From: Torpedo marmorata
Lineage: Eukaryota
Direction: 5' to 3'
Assembly (NCBI GenBank): GCA_977017645.1
Contig: OZ360239.1
Location: 37,758,001-37,822,000 of the forward strand
DNA length: 64,000 nucleotides
In this document: piece by piece, positions 25,344-38,766 of the stretch
How positions within the stretch are numbered: the stretch's first letter is position 1
Layout of the letters: the number at the start of each line of letters is the position of its first letter
Notes under the pieces: generated by a model
Database searches by the model: none
What the model was told of the DNA's origin: nothing
Seen by the model: only the letters and a program-made list of their open reading frames with translations
Position numbers and translations under genes: made by a program

Positions 25344-25972
25344 TTGCTGCAATTCAAATGATTTCTTTTGATAATTCTCACTTCATTTGTTTGCCTTGAG
25401 AAATATTCTCAGGGACCTTTCTGCTGTCCGATGCAGATGTGAAAAATGCATGGTCCCCAAGATTTGGAAATGGCTATAAATTGCATTTTTATGCAGAGAC
25501 AAAGGAAGAGAGTTATGATGTCAGTTTTGAACACTATTGGTGTTGAATGTGTTTGCGTTACATGTCTTTGCTGCCTCTCCTTCCTCAAAGGGCGGTCGGT
25601 GTAAGCAGTCTTTGGATATTTTTAGGTCATAGTGATGTAAGCAAGGGCGTGAAAGGTTAGCACAGGTAGATGGGAATGTGGAGTTGAGGTTACAATCAGA
25701 CCAACCCTGATCTTACGAAAGGGTGGGGCAAGTTAGAGGGGTCACCCTGATCCCTGTCTGCACACTTGAGATTCTTATGAAATGTTTGCAAGGTATATGC
25801 AACAGAGTAACATTCACATAAAACGAATGCCAGTCAATGACCTCTCCCCCAATATGGAAGTGTATTCTTTCCTTCCCTTAATACACTATGTGGGGTTATG
25901 ATTAGCTGATCCCTTCCAGCCATTCACATCCTGTGGGCAGTATTTACCAGAGTGGAATTCACAAAGAGAGTA

Positions 25973-26271
25973 CAGATTCTCCTCCACCTACGATGGTCCG
26001 AATACGATTTTTCGAAGTTACGATGGTCGTTATCGCTATATTTTATGATCCAAAATTTTTTTTTTTCAGTGTGGAATAAAAGGTATTCAACATTTAATTA
26101 TAAAATAGGCTTTGTTTTAGATAAATTTGCCCAGCTGTAGGCTACAGTAAGTGTTCTGAGCACGTTTAATGTAGGCTAGGCTATGATGTTCGGTAGGTGC
26201 GGTACTGTATCTTTTTCGACTTACGATGGGTTTGCCAGAACACAACCCCATCGTAAGTTGAGGAACACCTG
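25973..26271 (-). mobile_element. Tigger/pogo-type MITE, MER47A/Tigger5-like
   Basis: TA TSD on both sides. Imperfect TIRs cagattctcctccacctacgatgg / ccatcgtaagttgaggaacacctg. The interior resembles my recollection of the MER47A consensus. Confidence 0.8.
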
Positions 26272-27334
26272 TATACACATTTGACTTGTGCCTTGTCAAT
26301 GGTGGAAATGCTTGCTGAGTAAGGAAGAGAATCACTTGCTGCAGAATACTGGGTATTCACCTCCCAAATCCACAAAATCCTTTCCACCATTTAAAGGGCA
26401 CTAATCAAAAATGTGTTGGAATGCTCTCCACCTGTCTGGATTAATGAAGCTTTAATTTCAACATAACTCAGCATCATTCAAGACAAAGCAACCTGCTCAA
26501 TTGTCTCCCAATCCATCAGCCTAATACACACTATGCCCAGTTCCTTGTTTCCTGTGGAACTACATTCCCCGTTTCAGATTTCCAGCATAGCTTCATTATG
26601 TAATCATACCATCACTTGGGTACTCTAGTAATAAAACCATAATGTGCCATTGCAGCTCTTCATTGCACATTCTAGGTGAAGTGGTTTTAAGCAACTGAGC
26701 AGCCACTTGCACAACAAAAGAAAAATTAGTAACTGCTTTTCCCCTCCTTTTAACAGAAATAATATATACAATAACTGATAAATCTGTATTCTCTGTATAT
26801 GGGAAGAGGCAAAGCTCGAGACATTCACTCACTAATTCTACATGTGTGGCCAATGTTGATTGATTTCACTATTCTTACATTTTGGAACAACTATGTAAAC
26901 TCTCAATTCATGCAACATTTTTAGACTGAACAGTAATCCAGTTAATCTAAGATGATTTATCTATCTGTGGATCGCAAGCAAGTGAAAAGAGGAAATGAAT
27001 TAAAACATTTTTAAAAAAGCACGATGAAACAACTAAAAGGACTCGTATTACTGGAAATTTATTTTTCTTACTTGGTGAATGGCACCAAACAGATGAGATG
27101 GGACAGAGGATTTTGGATAGCTGCAAATTTTGGTCTGTGTATTTTAAACCACTTCAAAAGACCCACTACAATGGAGTAGAGCGATGATGTAGGAGAGCTA
27201 ATCAAATGTGCAACAGCCAGGGTAATCCTGATGCTAAATTGACAGTAGTTACTGACACACTGGCTCAATCACACCAACATTATTACTAGTTTATCAACAA
27301 TTGCATATAAAGACATTACAATTTGTTTTATGGG

Positions 27335-29448
27335 CAAGATGTAGTAGAGAGATGGAAGTCTTTTAAAGATCAGATTTTGAGAGTGCAAAAGCTTTATGTT
27401 CCTGTTAGGTTAAAAGGAGGTGCAAAACGTTTGAGAGAGCCGTGGTTTTCGAGGAATATTGGAAACTAGGTTCGAAAAAAAAGGGAGGTGTACATTAAGT
27501 ATAAGAAGCATGGAATTAAGGAGATGTTTGAAAAATACATTGAATGTAAAAGGAATCTTAAGAGAGGAATTAGGAAAGCTAAAAGGTACGAGGAGACTAT
27601 AGCAAGCAGGGTGAAAATTAATCCAAAAGGTTTCTACAAATACGTTAATGGTAAAAGGAAAGCGAGGGACAAAATTGGTCCCTTAGAGAATCAGAGCGGA
27701 AAACTGTGTGTGGAGCCTAGAGAAATGGGGGAGATATTGAACAGTTTCTTTTCTTCGGTATTCACCAAGGAGAAGGATATTGGGATATGCGAGATAAAAA
27801 AAGCAAATTGGGTAAATATGGAGAATATAGTGATTACGAAAGATGTAGTGTTAGGGCTTTTGAGGCATATAAAGGTGGATAAGTCTCCGGGACCCGACGG
27901 GATCTTCCCCAGGACCTTGAGAGAAGTAAGTGAGGAAATAGCAGAGGCTCTGACGGTGATTTTCCAAATGTCATTAGAGATGGGGATAGTGCCGGAGGAT
28001 TGGCATATTGCGCATGTGGTTCCGTTATTTAAAAAGGGTTCAAGGAGGAAGCCTGGCAATTATCGGCCTGTAAGTTTGACGTCTGTGGTAGGTAAATTAA
28101 TGGAGAAAGTTCTTAGAGATAGTACTTATAAATATCTGGATAGACAGGGTCTGATCAGGAACACTCAACACGGATTTGTGAGCGGAAGGTCCTGTTTGAC
28201 CAATCTGATTGAATTTTTTGAAGAGGTGACTAGGAATGTGGATGAGGGTAGCGCCGTGGATGTTGTCTATATGGACTTCAGTAAGGCCTTCGATAAGGTA
28301 CCACATGGAAGGTTAGTTAGGAAGGTGCAGTCTTTAGGTATAAATTTTGAGATAGTCAAATGGATTGAACATTGGCTTAAAGGGAGAGGCCAGAGAGTGG
28401 TAGTGGATAATTGTCTGTCAGGTTGGAGGCCGGTGACCAGCGGTGTGCCTCAGGGATCTGTATTGGGCCCATTGTTGTTCGTTATATACATTAATGATCT
28501 AGATGATGGGGTGGTGAACTGGATTAGTAAATATGCAGACGATACTAAGATAGGTGGAATAGTGGATAATGAAGAAGGTTTTCAAGGATTGCAGAGGGAT
28601 TTGGGCTGCTTAGAAAAGTGGGCTGAAAAATGGCAAATGGAGTTTAATGCTGATAAGTGTGAGGTGCTTCATTTTGGTAAGAAGAATCAGAACAGGACAT
28701 ACGTAGTAAATGGGAGAGCATTGATGAATACAGAAGAGCAGAAAGATTTAGGAATAACGGTGCATCGTTCCCTGAAGGTAGAAACTCATGTGAATAGGGT
28801 GGTGAAGAAGGCTTTTAGTATGCTGGCCTTTATTGCATAGAATATAGGAGTTGGGAAGTGATGTTGAGATTATATAAGGCATTGGTGCGGCCTAGTTTAG
28901 AGTTCTGTGTGCAGTTCTGTTCACCAAATTATAGGAAGGATATCAACAGAGTGGAGAGAGTGCAGAGAAGATTTACCAGAATGTTACCTGGGTTTAAGCA
29001 TCTAGAGTACAAGGAGAGATTGAGCAGATTAGGTCTTTATTCTTTGGAGCGTAGAAGGTTGAGAGGGGATTTGATAGAGGTATTTAAGATTATGAAAGGG
29101 ATAGACAGAGTGGATGTGGATAGACTATTTCCGTTAAGAGTAGGAGAGATTGAAACAAGAGGACATGACCTAAGAGTTAAGGGGCAGAGGTTTAGAGGTA
29201 ACATGAGGGGGAACTTCTTTACTCAGAGAGTGGTAGCGGTGTGGAATGAGCTTCCGGGAGAAGTAGTGGCGGCAGAGTCAATTTTATTATTTAAGAAAAA
29301 GTTGGACAGGTATATGGATGAGAAGGAAGTGGAGGGTTATGGGCAGGGTGCAGGTAGGTGGGACTAGAGAGGAGTGTTTGGTTCGGTGCGGACTAGAAGG
29401 GCCTAATGGCCTGTTTCTGTGCTGTAATTGTTATATGGTTATATGGTT
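27335..29448 (+). mobile_element. Young 5'-truncated CR1 LINE
   Basis: RT ORF 27488-28840 and C-terminal ORF 28858-29367, separated by one frameshift near 28835. Ends in (ttatatgg)n 8-mer repeats typical of CR1. Confidence 0.95.
27488..29367 (+). pseudogene. CR1 ORF2 reverse transcriptase, 5'-truncated with one frameshift
   Basis: Motifs KSPGPDGIFPR, GNYRPVSLTSVVGKLME, MDFSKAFDKVPH, SGVPQGSVLGPLLF, KYADDTK, FFTQRVVAVWNELP. Confidence 0.93.
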
Positions 29449-29469
29449 AAAGCACAAGAAAATGAAGGA

Positions 29470-29900
29470 AGGTTGACAAAACTAGGGCTTTTCTTTTTGA
29501 AGTGACAAAGGATGAGAGAGAGGTGACTTAATAGAGGTATACAAGATTATGAGGGGCTAAGATAGGATGGACAGCCAGCAACATTTTGCTGGGGGCAACA
29601 ATAGCAAATGCCAGAGGACATGTGTTTAAGGTCAATGGAGGAAAGTTTAAGCGAGATGTCAGAGGTTACGTTTTTTTACTCCGAGTGGTGGGTGCCTGGA
29701 ATGCATCGCCTGGAGTGGTGGTGGAGGCTATTATAATAGTGACATTCAAAATACTCTTAGATAGGCACACATGGATGTAAGAAAAAGAGAGGGTTATGGG
29801 TGTGAGGTGGGGGAAAAAAATAGATTGTTGACGAGTAGATTTACATAGGTTGGCACAACATCGTGGGCTAAAGGGTCTGTACTGTGCTGATGTTCTCTGA
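29470..29900 (+). mobile_element. Older CR1 3' fragment next to the young CR1
   Basis: Translates RGHVFKVNGGKFKRDVRG...RVVGAWNASPGVVVEA. Same subfamily as 7270-7752. Confidence 0.85.
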
Positions 29901-31044
29901 TGAAAATGTTTTTTTTTTGTTTTTATTGTGCAATGGTATTCAATATAAGACTTAACATTCACTTAATAGAAGCCCATAAAATGTGGTTCCCTATAGTGAT
30001 CCAGAGCACCATTCAAGCACATGGAGCCTAGCTTTCCTTAACGTTTACCAAGTAACAGTAATGACAGTTAGAGGGAGCTTTATATCTGACTGTGCTGTGC
30101 CTGACTATGGATTGATTCATGGGTATCCAATGCGGGAAAAGTGTTCCCTTCCTCGTCAATGAGATTCCTCATGTTGTTGAGCAGAAAATATGCAAGGAGC
30201 AAATGAGAGTGCAAAGATTGGGCCTAGAGATTACAGAAAGCAATTCAAGCACAGAAATATTGACCAAACGCCAAGCTTAATCAACAAAACACACTGTGTC
30301 AGTGCCGTGAACTCTTAATTAAAATATAAGCTCAACTCATTTTACGCCAGCCTTACTCATTCATTTAATAACCCAGGAACATTCCTTTTGACCAAACCCA
30401 CATGCAGCTTGGTCCCCCGCTGGACCTTCAAAACTACAGCTGCAAGAGTCTTTAGGAACAAGTCAGGTCATCTGTCTACGTAATTGATAACATTACATGA
30501 TGAGACAGGTTGCTTACACAAACTAGTCTAATGAAAAGGCAGACTTACTTATTTGAATCCAAATCTAATAGACCAACTTCAGGTGATTGTTCACATGAGC
30601 AAGCAGTGGGAAAGGCATCAGATAAATGATCTCAGGGTGCTTTTGGGGAAAAAACCTTCAGCACCTTTTCCCACCAGGAGAATTCTACTAGGGCCTAAAA
30701 CAAACATAACTCCGTTACACTGCTTTTAACTTATAAAAGTAAATTAGAAACGTGTTGAATTTTATCCTGGGATTTGAGCCTCAGATGAGAAGCCTTGTTC
30801 TCACACTACTGCAGTTTACTTAAATTCACCAACCCCTCCCCTCCCCCATCTGTTTCATTTGGCCAAAATCACAACTGCTTCTCAGCAACAGCCATCAAGC
30901 TCAGATGTGCACACACTTGTAACTCTTTCAGCACTCTAGTTCTGTGATCAACATAGAAATAAAGGAAACATTTAATGGAGATAAATGCAAGCCATCAAAG
31001 GTACTGGTTTCTCCCTTTGCCATTTAGTGACCAGTCCCAGAGCA

Positions 31045-31625
31045 GGTCAAGTCACGTTTATTATCATTTGATTGCACAAGTACAACCCGATGAAACAGCG
31101 TTCTCTAGTCCTCAGTGCAAAACACGCAGACACACAACCAGACAAAGCACACATACAGACAAACAATACATGTGCAGCATTAGTATATACAAATAAATAA
31201 ATGTTGTTTCGTAAATATGAGAGTTTCGGATGGTTAGTGTGAGCAGTTCCTTTGGTCATTCAGCATTCTCACTGACCGTGGGAACAAGCTGTTCCTCAGC
31301 CTGGTGGTGCTGGCTCTGATACTCCTGTATGTCTTTCCCGACAGGAGCAGCTGAAAGATGCTGTGTGCAGGGTGGAAGGGGTCCTCAATGATTTTGTGCG
31401 CCCTCTTCAGACAACGATCCTGGTAGATCACGTCGATAGGGGAGAGGGAGACCCCAGTGATCCTCTCTGCCGCTCTTAGGGTCCTGTGGATTGACCTCCA
31501 TTCCCTTTCTCTGCAGCACCGTACCACACTGTGATGCAGCCGGCCAGGACACTCTCGATAGAGCTCCTATAGAAGGTGGTCGGTAGCCTTGTCGCTTCAG
31601 TCTTCTCAGGAAGCGATGGTACTAG
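31045..31625 (-). mobile_element. Rex1/Babar LINE 3' fragment
   Basis: Motifs TTFYRSSIESVLAGCITVWYG, DPFHPAHSIFQLLLSGKTYRSI; gtgacttgac tail. Confidence 0.88.
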
Positions 31626-33709
31626 TGCGGATTTTTGATGAAAAGGACTTCTAATCCACGATAGGTCGCAGCGACAGGGGGAGCACAAGAGGAAGGGAGA
31701 TAGACCACTGACACACTCATTTCTCTCGCCTTTTGAGCTTCACACACTCATGCTGCCTGACCCATTGAGTACCCCCAGCTTTTTTTTTCCACTCAAGATT
31801 CCAGCATCTGCAGTCCTTGTGTTTTCCTTTGATTTTTAAAAATAAAATTTAAAAAACAAAGAAATAATTTTCTCCCATCTGTTCACCCTTGGCGAATTTG
31901 TTCAAAAACCATTTTGCACACGAGCTTTGATATCATGCTCCAACAGATTATTCATGGGGAGCTCAATCCTATCCATAAATGATACACAAACACCCACATC
32001 ACCAGATGTCACAAGAACAGAGGCTGCTTTTTGTTCTCAACCAGTTATACAAGAAAGGCATCAATTACATAACAGCATAGATAGGTTAATTTAACACAGA
32101 GCAAAAACAGATTCCAAGATTTTTGTGGCCTACTCAATTCACAGCATAAAATTACTCAACCATTGGGTATGTGAAAGGCGCCATTTTTGTTCCTTTGCAA
32201 GCAAATCAATCCCTGTGCAATAGGTGGATATAGATGGGAGGGTAGAAGAGAAAAATGCTGAGGTGATGGGGGTGAGGGTAGCTCTCTGAATGGAGAGGGA
32301 GGGAAAGGGAGTGGGGAGCTGGAGGAAAGGAGACAGAGGGATACCTGTCCCTGTTGTGGGCAGGGTGAAGGGAGAAGAAGGAGGGTGTAATTAGATAAGA
32401 CTCAGGACTCCTAGGGCTTTACGACTGAGGATGCTTAAGTATTGTTGAGCAGCAGGTCTGCAAAAGCTTCTTACACCTGCTGCTTGATGCACAGCGAAGA
32501 CCAGTTTCCGCCTCACCTTATCCAAGACACAAAGTGAATGGCACGAGAGAGGATGGACCAGGCCTGTGGTACAACATTAACCTCAGCCTAGCAACCTCAC
32601 AGAGGACCAAAAGCTCTTCAGAAATGATCTGCTTTTAATTATTCAAGTAACCAGGTTTACTCGAACCCAAAATAAATGACAGCTTGCACCAGACTGGTCT
32701 TGTCAGTGATTAGATAAGAAGTCCTTTTTATCAAAAAGCCACATCAGTACCGTCTGCTGGACAGACGGCAGATGCTGGAAATTTTGCCAATCTCAAAATC
32801 AAAGCTCAAAATAGCTAGATTTGCAAATAGCATGGAGTGTAAAAAAGACAGATTAATAAAAAAGGATGAAAAAAAAAAGCTTTTCCAAACCAACTGACTT
32901 AAATAATAGTCTTTGCAGTAATCTAAATGCAGAGTAATAACATCTTTTGAGCCTTAGCAAAATACAAACTCATTAAAAGAAATATTAAAGCTCTAATTCT
33001 TAATTTCAGAAAACCAGCCTTACTAGCCAATGAACAAACAGACAAATCATTTTTAAACGAGTCTATCAGGCAATACATTTCTGGAAACAGTGCACATGCA
33101 GTCAAGTGTGCTCAGATTTCACCAATTCCCGGTCCAATCCTAATTTGTTGTCAATTAGTCCAACTCGAGAGGAGGAGGGAGAGGGAGTCAGTTTAGCCCA
33201 CAGAAGGCAGTGCACCATCAGTTGCTGTATTGGTTCCACTTTGTAACAAGTAACGTGATCCCTTCCAGCAGGTTGCATTCTATCCAGAATTCTATCCATT
33301 GGGTTTAGCAGCATTGTGTGAAGTCTGCCGATTGATTCTTCATACAAGTTGCATGGAATAATACATATGTGTAAATTACATGACATTTTGGCTCCTTCAA
33401 ATTCTGAATATGTGGAACAAATAGTGATGACTGCATTCCTGTCAATTGTCTCCTGAGATAATTACAGAACCTGCTACAATTCCAACTCTATTCACATTGG
33501 AGCATTTGTGGAACCAGTTTAGAACCAGATGAAAGTGTATGCTAACCAGAATCCTGTCCCTGGGGCAGATCAGCCTTGATCGTATTGAATGGTTGGGCAG
33601 GTTTGAGAAACCCATTGGCTACTCCTGCCCCTGTTTCCTTGTGTCCACCTAAGAGCCAGCAGACGTTGTGGGCAAAGTTCCAACAGCACAGACACAAGAG
33701 CATCCAGAC

Positions 33710-33911
33710 CAGTCAATCTCAACTTTTATTTGGCTATGGCCCCCTTAGGACTCTGCTCAAAGTTTATGGGCCCCCAACCCTGTGAAGCAGTCAAGTTTAG
33801 TTGGTTTCTTCCGTACTTCTCTCCTACCGACTACATTAAAAATATTTAGGATTTCAGTCCCTGACCCCCCCCCCCCTTTAAATGTGCCGTGGCCCCCATT
33901 GACAATGGCTG
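33710..33911. mobile_element. hAT (Charlie-type) MITE
   Basis: CAG...CTG ends with imperfect TIRs. Degenerate 8-bp TSD atccagac / gtctagac, fitting the NTCTAGAN preference. Confidence 0.7.
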
Positions 33912-34779
33912 GTCTAGACTGTGACTGAAATGAACACAATGGGATCAGACTATGGAAATATTGATCCACACTTTAAACAATGCAGCATAAACTACCATTA
34001 GTATTAACCGCATTCTGTTTTGTCCCATTAAACCTCTTTGGAACCCTGTGACCTATTCATTTTTCACTAAGGAACATATTATTGTAAGTTATTATATATT
34101 CTACTATAAAGCAAAACTTGAAACAATTAATTTTAGGAGGAAGCCTCTTTGTTGTTTTATTATGGAGGCACAGATTGCCAACACTTCGCAATCTTTGTGC
34201 ATGATATTAGGATGTGGTTTACTGCTGATTGGAGTACACCAAACTACACAAGAATTATTCTATTTTCACTTTTGAAGAGTAGTATTTAATCTTTCTTGCT
34301 TCTTTAAAATTTCTTATCCGCATCAGGCACCAATCTCAGATCCAGAATCTGGTCTCGACAACCGCTCATTTCTTTCCCAGGGGGCCTTTCCCAGAACAAC
34401 CTTTTACTTCCAACCTCCATCCCATTCACAATGGAATTCTGTTCCAATTCCTGGGAGAGAGTCTAAACTGCAAATATTGGGAAAGGGAAAATCATTTAAG
34501 GTAAAGAGAGATCTGTAACAGCACGTTCACCAAATCATTCAACCCTCTTTTTCCTTCGGTCACAGATGCTAAAAGGACCAGAACCATAGAACACTAAATA
34601 CAGAAACAGGCCGTTCGGCCCATCTAGCCTACTTCTAGTATTTACTTTGTTCGACTCAGATAAATCCTTTTGACAAAGTATAAGGCCATACTGGCCCATC
34701 AATCCATGCCATTTTACAGAGTGATCTCACTCCCCAGTAACTTTCTTTGTAATCTATTTTTTACATATAACCAACAACT

Positions 34780-34965
34780 CCCACTCTAACTATACACTTG
34801 GCATAACTTAGAGTGGCCAATTAACCTACTAACCCATGCATCTTCAGGATGTGGAAGCACCGGAGCACCTGAAGGAAATGCACATGGTCAGAGGGAGCAC
34901 GCAAACTCCACACAGACAACACTGGAAGTCGGGACTGAATCCGGGTTACTGGAAATGTGCCAATG
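34780..34965 (-). mobile_element. Degenerate V-SINE
   Basis: gccaattaacctactaacc...ccggagcacctgaaggaaatgcacatggtcagagggagcacgcaaactccacacagac is the reverse complement of the V-domain. Confidence 0.7.
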
Positions 34966-35069
34966 TGCCACATTTGCAATTTTGCTTCCTTTTCCTCAAT
35001 TCTGCTCTTTGCAATTTTTCTGTGATTAACAGAATTTTAAAAATTGCACTCTAACCTTTCTATTGTGAG

Positions 35070-35585
35070 AACGTTCCGTTCAATTCCCATACCATAGATG
35101 TACCATAGAGAGTAACCTGTCCAGATGCGTCACAGCTCAGTATGGGAACTTCTTTGCCCAAGACCAAAGAAATTGCAGAGTTGTGAATGCAGCTCAGGCC
35201 ATCACACAAACCATCCTCCCCTTCACTGACTCCATTGACCCTTCCCGCTGCCTCAGAAAAGCAGCCAACGCTAGGCAAACTCTCTTTTCCCCTTTCCCGA
35301 AGGGCAAGAGTTTCAAAACACGCACCACCAGATTCAAGGACAGCTTCTTTCCCACTGTTATCTGACTCTTGAATAGATAATGCTCAAAAGATGATCTCTC
35401 ATTCTAACCAACTACCTTAGTGTGGAGCTTGCACTGTTTTAACTAGCCTTTTCTCTGTAAAATCTTTATGTATTTCTGTTTTAATGTGCACTACCTGTTA
35501 CACTTAAATATGAAGGAACTTGCCTGGATGGCATAGAAAAGTTTTTCACTAGATCACAGTACATGTGATAATAATAATTCAAATC
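35070..35585 (+). mobile_element. Degenerate Rex1/Babar 3' fragment
   Basis: Translates KTRTTRFKDSFFPTVI, followed by a Rex-type tail. Confidence 0.75.
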
Positions 35586-36113
35586 ACAGAACATTGACAG
35601 GCTGCAACACCAGAATCAATTTGCAAAAATTAATGGAACATCAAACAAATTGTTACTAAAATCTGGGATCGTCACATATTGCTTGACCCTCTGAATGTTT
35701 CCACCATTTTCTGCTTTTATTTTGGGTTTGCAACATCTGCAGTCTTTTGCTGTTTATTTACTACCGTACATGTTGAGCCGCTTGTATCCTGGGCTGCACG
35801 AACAGAATGAAATTTTCAATGTGGACTGACAGATAGCCAGGATAGAACACCAAATCTTTAATTCTACTGTATTTATAATAATGAATTGTAATTAATCTTT
35901 TTACCCTGGAAATTAATTTTGACGCCTGAAGTCTTTTCACTACTTGGAAAATCTGCTAACAAACTCAATATGGGCTGAAATCTATTACTGTGGCACTTTT
36001 GTCATTAATGTTTTATAACCTAGCATTTTAATGCATTCTCCAATTTACATTAGCAGCAATAGAATTTGCACTAAAGCAATTTAGACTTGTATTAAAAAAA
36101 TTGAATTTTTTTC

Positions 36114-36273
36114 CCCAGATTGTGCTTTACCACCAGCTCCTGATCAAAATGATATCAAGCTGGACTTAATTTGGAAAAAGAGGGATTGGGAGTGTGTAAA
36201 ATTTTGAATACAGATTCACCTCTCCCAGATTGCTGTTTAACAGCAGGGAAGATACTGAATTAAACTTAATGTT
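36114..36273 (+). repeat. Copy 1 of a ~160-bp dispersed direct repeat
   Basis: Collinear with 37407-37566 (cccagattgtgctttaccacca...gcagggaagatactgaattaa). Confidence 0.9.
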
Positions 36274-36624
36274 AATTAATTTACCACTCTTGGAAATGAA
36301 AGAATTTTATTTCTACTAATTGTAGAAATACCATGCCAGCTGATCTGTGTGGAAAGTACATACAGTATATCCAGTTGGAGTCATAACAAATCTGGATCCA
36401 ACAAACAATAAGCTACTTATTTGAAGCAGCCATTAAATGCTTCGCAAGTAAACTCCTTGCAGATAGTTGTAGGTTTAGGATTTCCCATTATAAACATTGT
36501 TTTAATGTTAGTACAATTGAAACTAAATAATTTGCAGGAATTTTCTTTAAAAAAAGCTTATTACAACCAGCACCAACAATGACAATATCCAGTATAAAAA
36601 CAAGTATCCATCATGATCTAAAAT

Positions 36625-37025
36625 ATCAGAATCAGAATTTATTGTCATGAACATGTCACAAAATTCGTTGTTTTGCGGTAGCATCATAGTGCAAACATTT
36701 ACATAAACCACATTACAAAATAATTTTTTTTTTTAAAGTGCAAGAAAAAGTCAAAATAAGGCAGTGTCTGTGGTTCATTGATTATTCAGGAATCTGATGG
36801 CAGCGGGGAAGAAGCTGTCCTTGTGCCGTTGAGTGCTCGTCTTTAGGCTCCTATACCTTTTTCCCGATGGTAGCAGAGTGAAGTGGGCATGGCCTGGGTG
36901 GTGGGGGGTCCTTGAGGACAGAGGCTGCTTTCTTAAGACCCCACCTCTTGTAGATGTCCTCGATGGAGTGAAGACTGGTGCCCGTGATGTTGCAGGCCGA
37001 GTTAACAACCCTCTGGAGTTTTTGC
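36625..37025 (-). mobile_element. Rex1/Babar 3' fragment
   Basis: Translates PHHPGHAHFTLLPSGKRYRSLKTSTQRHKDSFFPAAIRFLN; (ttctga)n tail. Confidence 0.88.
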
Positions 37026-37406
37026 AAGTGAAATCTGTGTAGTAGGTGCTCAGCACAATCTCTAGATAATAGGATCTATTTAAAGTAGTGTACAATGTTA
37101 AAATGCCTCCAAAAGCTGGAAGGTCATCATAATGTTAACTCTGTTCTCTCTTCACAGATGCTACCTGAACTAATGATTACTCCCGGTATTTTTTGTTTTT
37201 ATTTAAAATTGCCTTCATTTGTGTTATTGCAAACAATTCAGCTGCTTTCCTTCATTGGTATGTCCACTCCGAAAAAGTTTTTGCCTTTGTCAGAAAGGCC
37301 ACAATTATTCAAATATCATCGGGGAGGCAAAAACATCATTCAACTTTCCATCAGAGATTTCACATGCAAGAAGCACAGTGAAATGCTCTAATATTTATTG
37401 CTCCGT

Positions 37407-37566
37407 CCCAGATTGTGCTTTACCACCAACTCCTGATAAAAGTGATATCAAATTGGACTTAATTTGGAAAAGAGGGATTGGGAAGTGGGGAAAATTTTGA
37501 ATACACCTTCACATCTCCCAGATAGCTGTTTAATAGCAGGGAAGATACTGAATTAATCTTAATGTT
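37407..37566 (+). repeat. Copy 2 of a ~160-bp dispersed direct repeat
   Basis: Collinear with 36114-36273. Confidence 0.9.
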
Positions 37567-37782
37567 TCAGTGTCACGTGCTTTTCTGTTCTTGTGTTTTG
37601 AGGTCAGATAGTTAAGAGCAGTGGCCAGTATTGGAGCCGATCCAGGCCAGTACTTAAATCAGCTGTGGAAATGGAATTCTTGTAACTGCCCAAGAAGATC
37701 CAAAGATGGAGAATAATATATAATTGGGATGATTATTAGTTGATATTTTATACATCCTTTCAGTTTCTTTTTCCACCATTTA

Positions 37783-38766
37783 GACTTCCTGACGGGAAGA
37801 CCTCAGGCAGTCCGGACTGGAAACAGCACTTCTAAGGTCATTACATTGAGCACGGGGGCTCCCCAGGGCTGTGTGCTTAGTCCATTGCTGTTCACCCTGC
37901 TGACTCATGACTGTGCAGCAAAACACAGCTCGAATCACATCATCAAGTTCGCTGATGATACGACCGTGGTGGGCCTTATCAGCAAGAACGATGAGTCAGC
38001 ATACAGAGACGAGGTGCAGTCGCTAATGGAATGGTGCGGAGCCAACAACCTGCATCTGAATGTAAACAAAATGAAAGAGTTGGTTGTCGACTTCAGAAGG
38101 GCCCGGGGGGATCATTCTCCATCGACCATGGACGGCTCCACCGTTGAGGTCGTAAAGAGTACCAAGTTTCTTGGAGTGCACTTGGCAGAGAGTCTCACCT
38201 GGTCCCTCAACACCAGTTCCATAGTCAAGAAAGCCCAGCAGCATCTTTACTTCCTGCGAAGGCTGAGGAAAGTTCATCTTCCACTCCCTATCCTTACTAC
38301 ATTTTACAGGGGATGTATTGAGAGTATTCTGAGCAATTGCATCACCGCTTGGTTTGGTAACTGTACCATCTCGGACAGAAAGACCCTGCAGAGGATAGTG
38401 GGATCAGCGGAGAAATTTATTGGTGTCTCTCTCCCCACCATGACGGACATCTACCATACATGATGCATGAGGAAGGCTAATAACATTGTGAAGGACTTCT
38501 CACACCCCTTTGGTAAACTTTTTTCCCTTTTGCCATCTGGAAGGAAGTATCAAAGCACTCGGGCTCTTACGTCCAGACTGTGCAACAGTTTTTTCCCCCA
38601 AGCCATCAGGCTCCTCAATTCCTAGATATATATGTGTATTAGCATGTTATAGTTTTTTTATTGTATTATGATATTTATGTACATCTGCCCATGGTCCTGG
38701 AGAAACGCTATCTCGTCTTACTGTGTATATGGTAATGAACGACAAATAAAGGTGACTTGACTTGAT
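37783..38766 (+). mobile_element. Rex1/Babar LINE, 5'-truncated RT
   Basis: ORF 37846-38463 reads [22 protein letters not shown]...[14 protein letters not shown]...[13 protein letters not shown]; (gactt)n tail. Confidence 0.93.
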
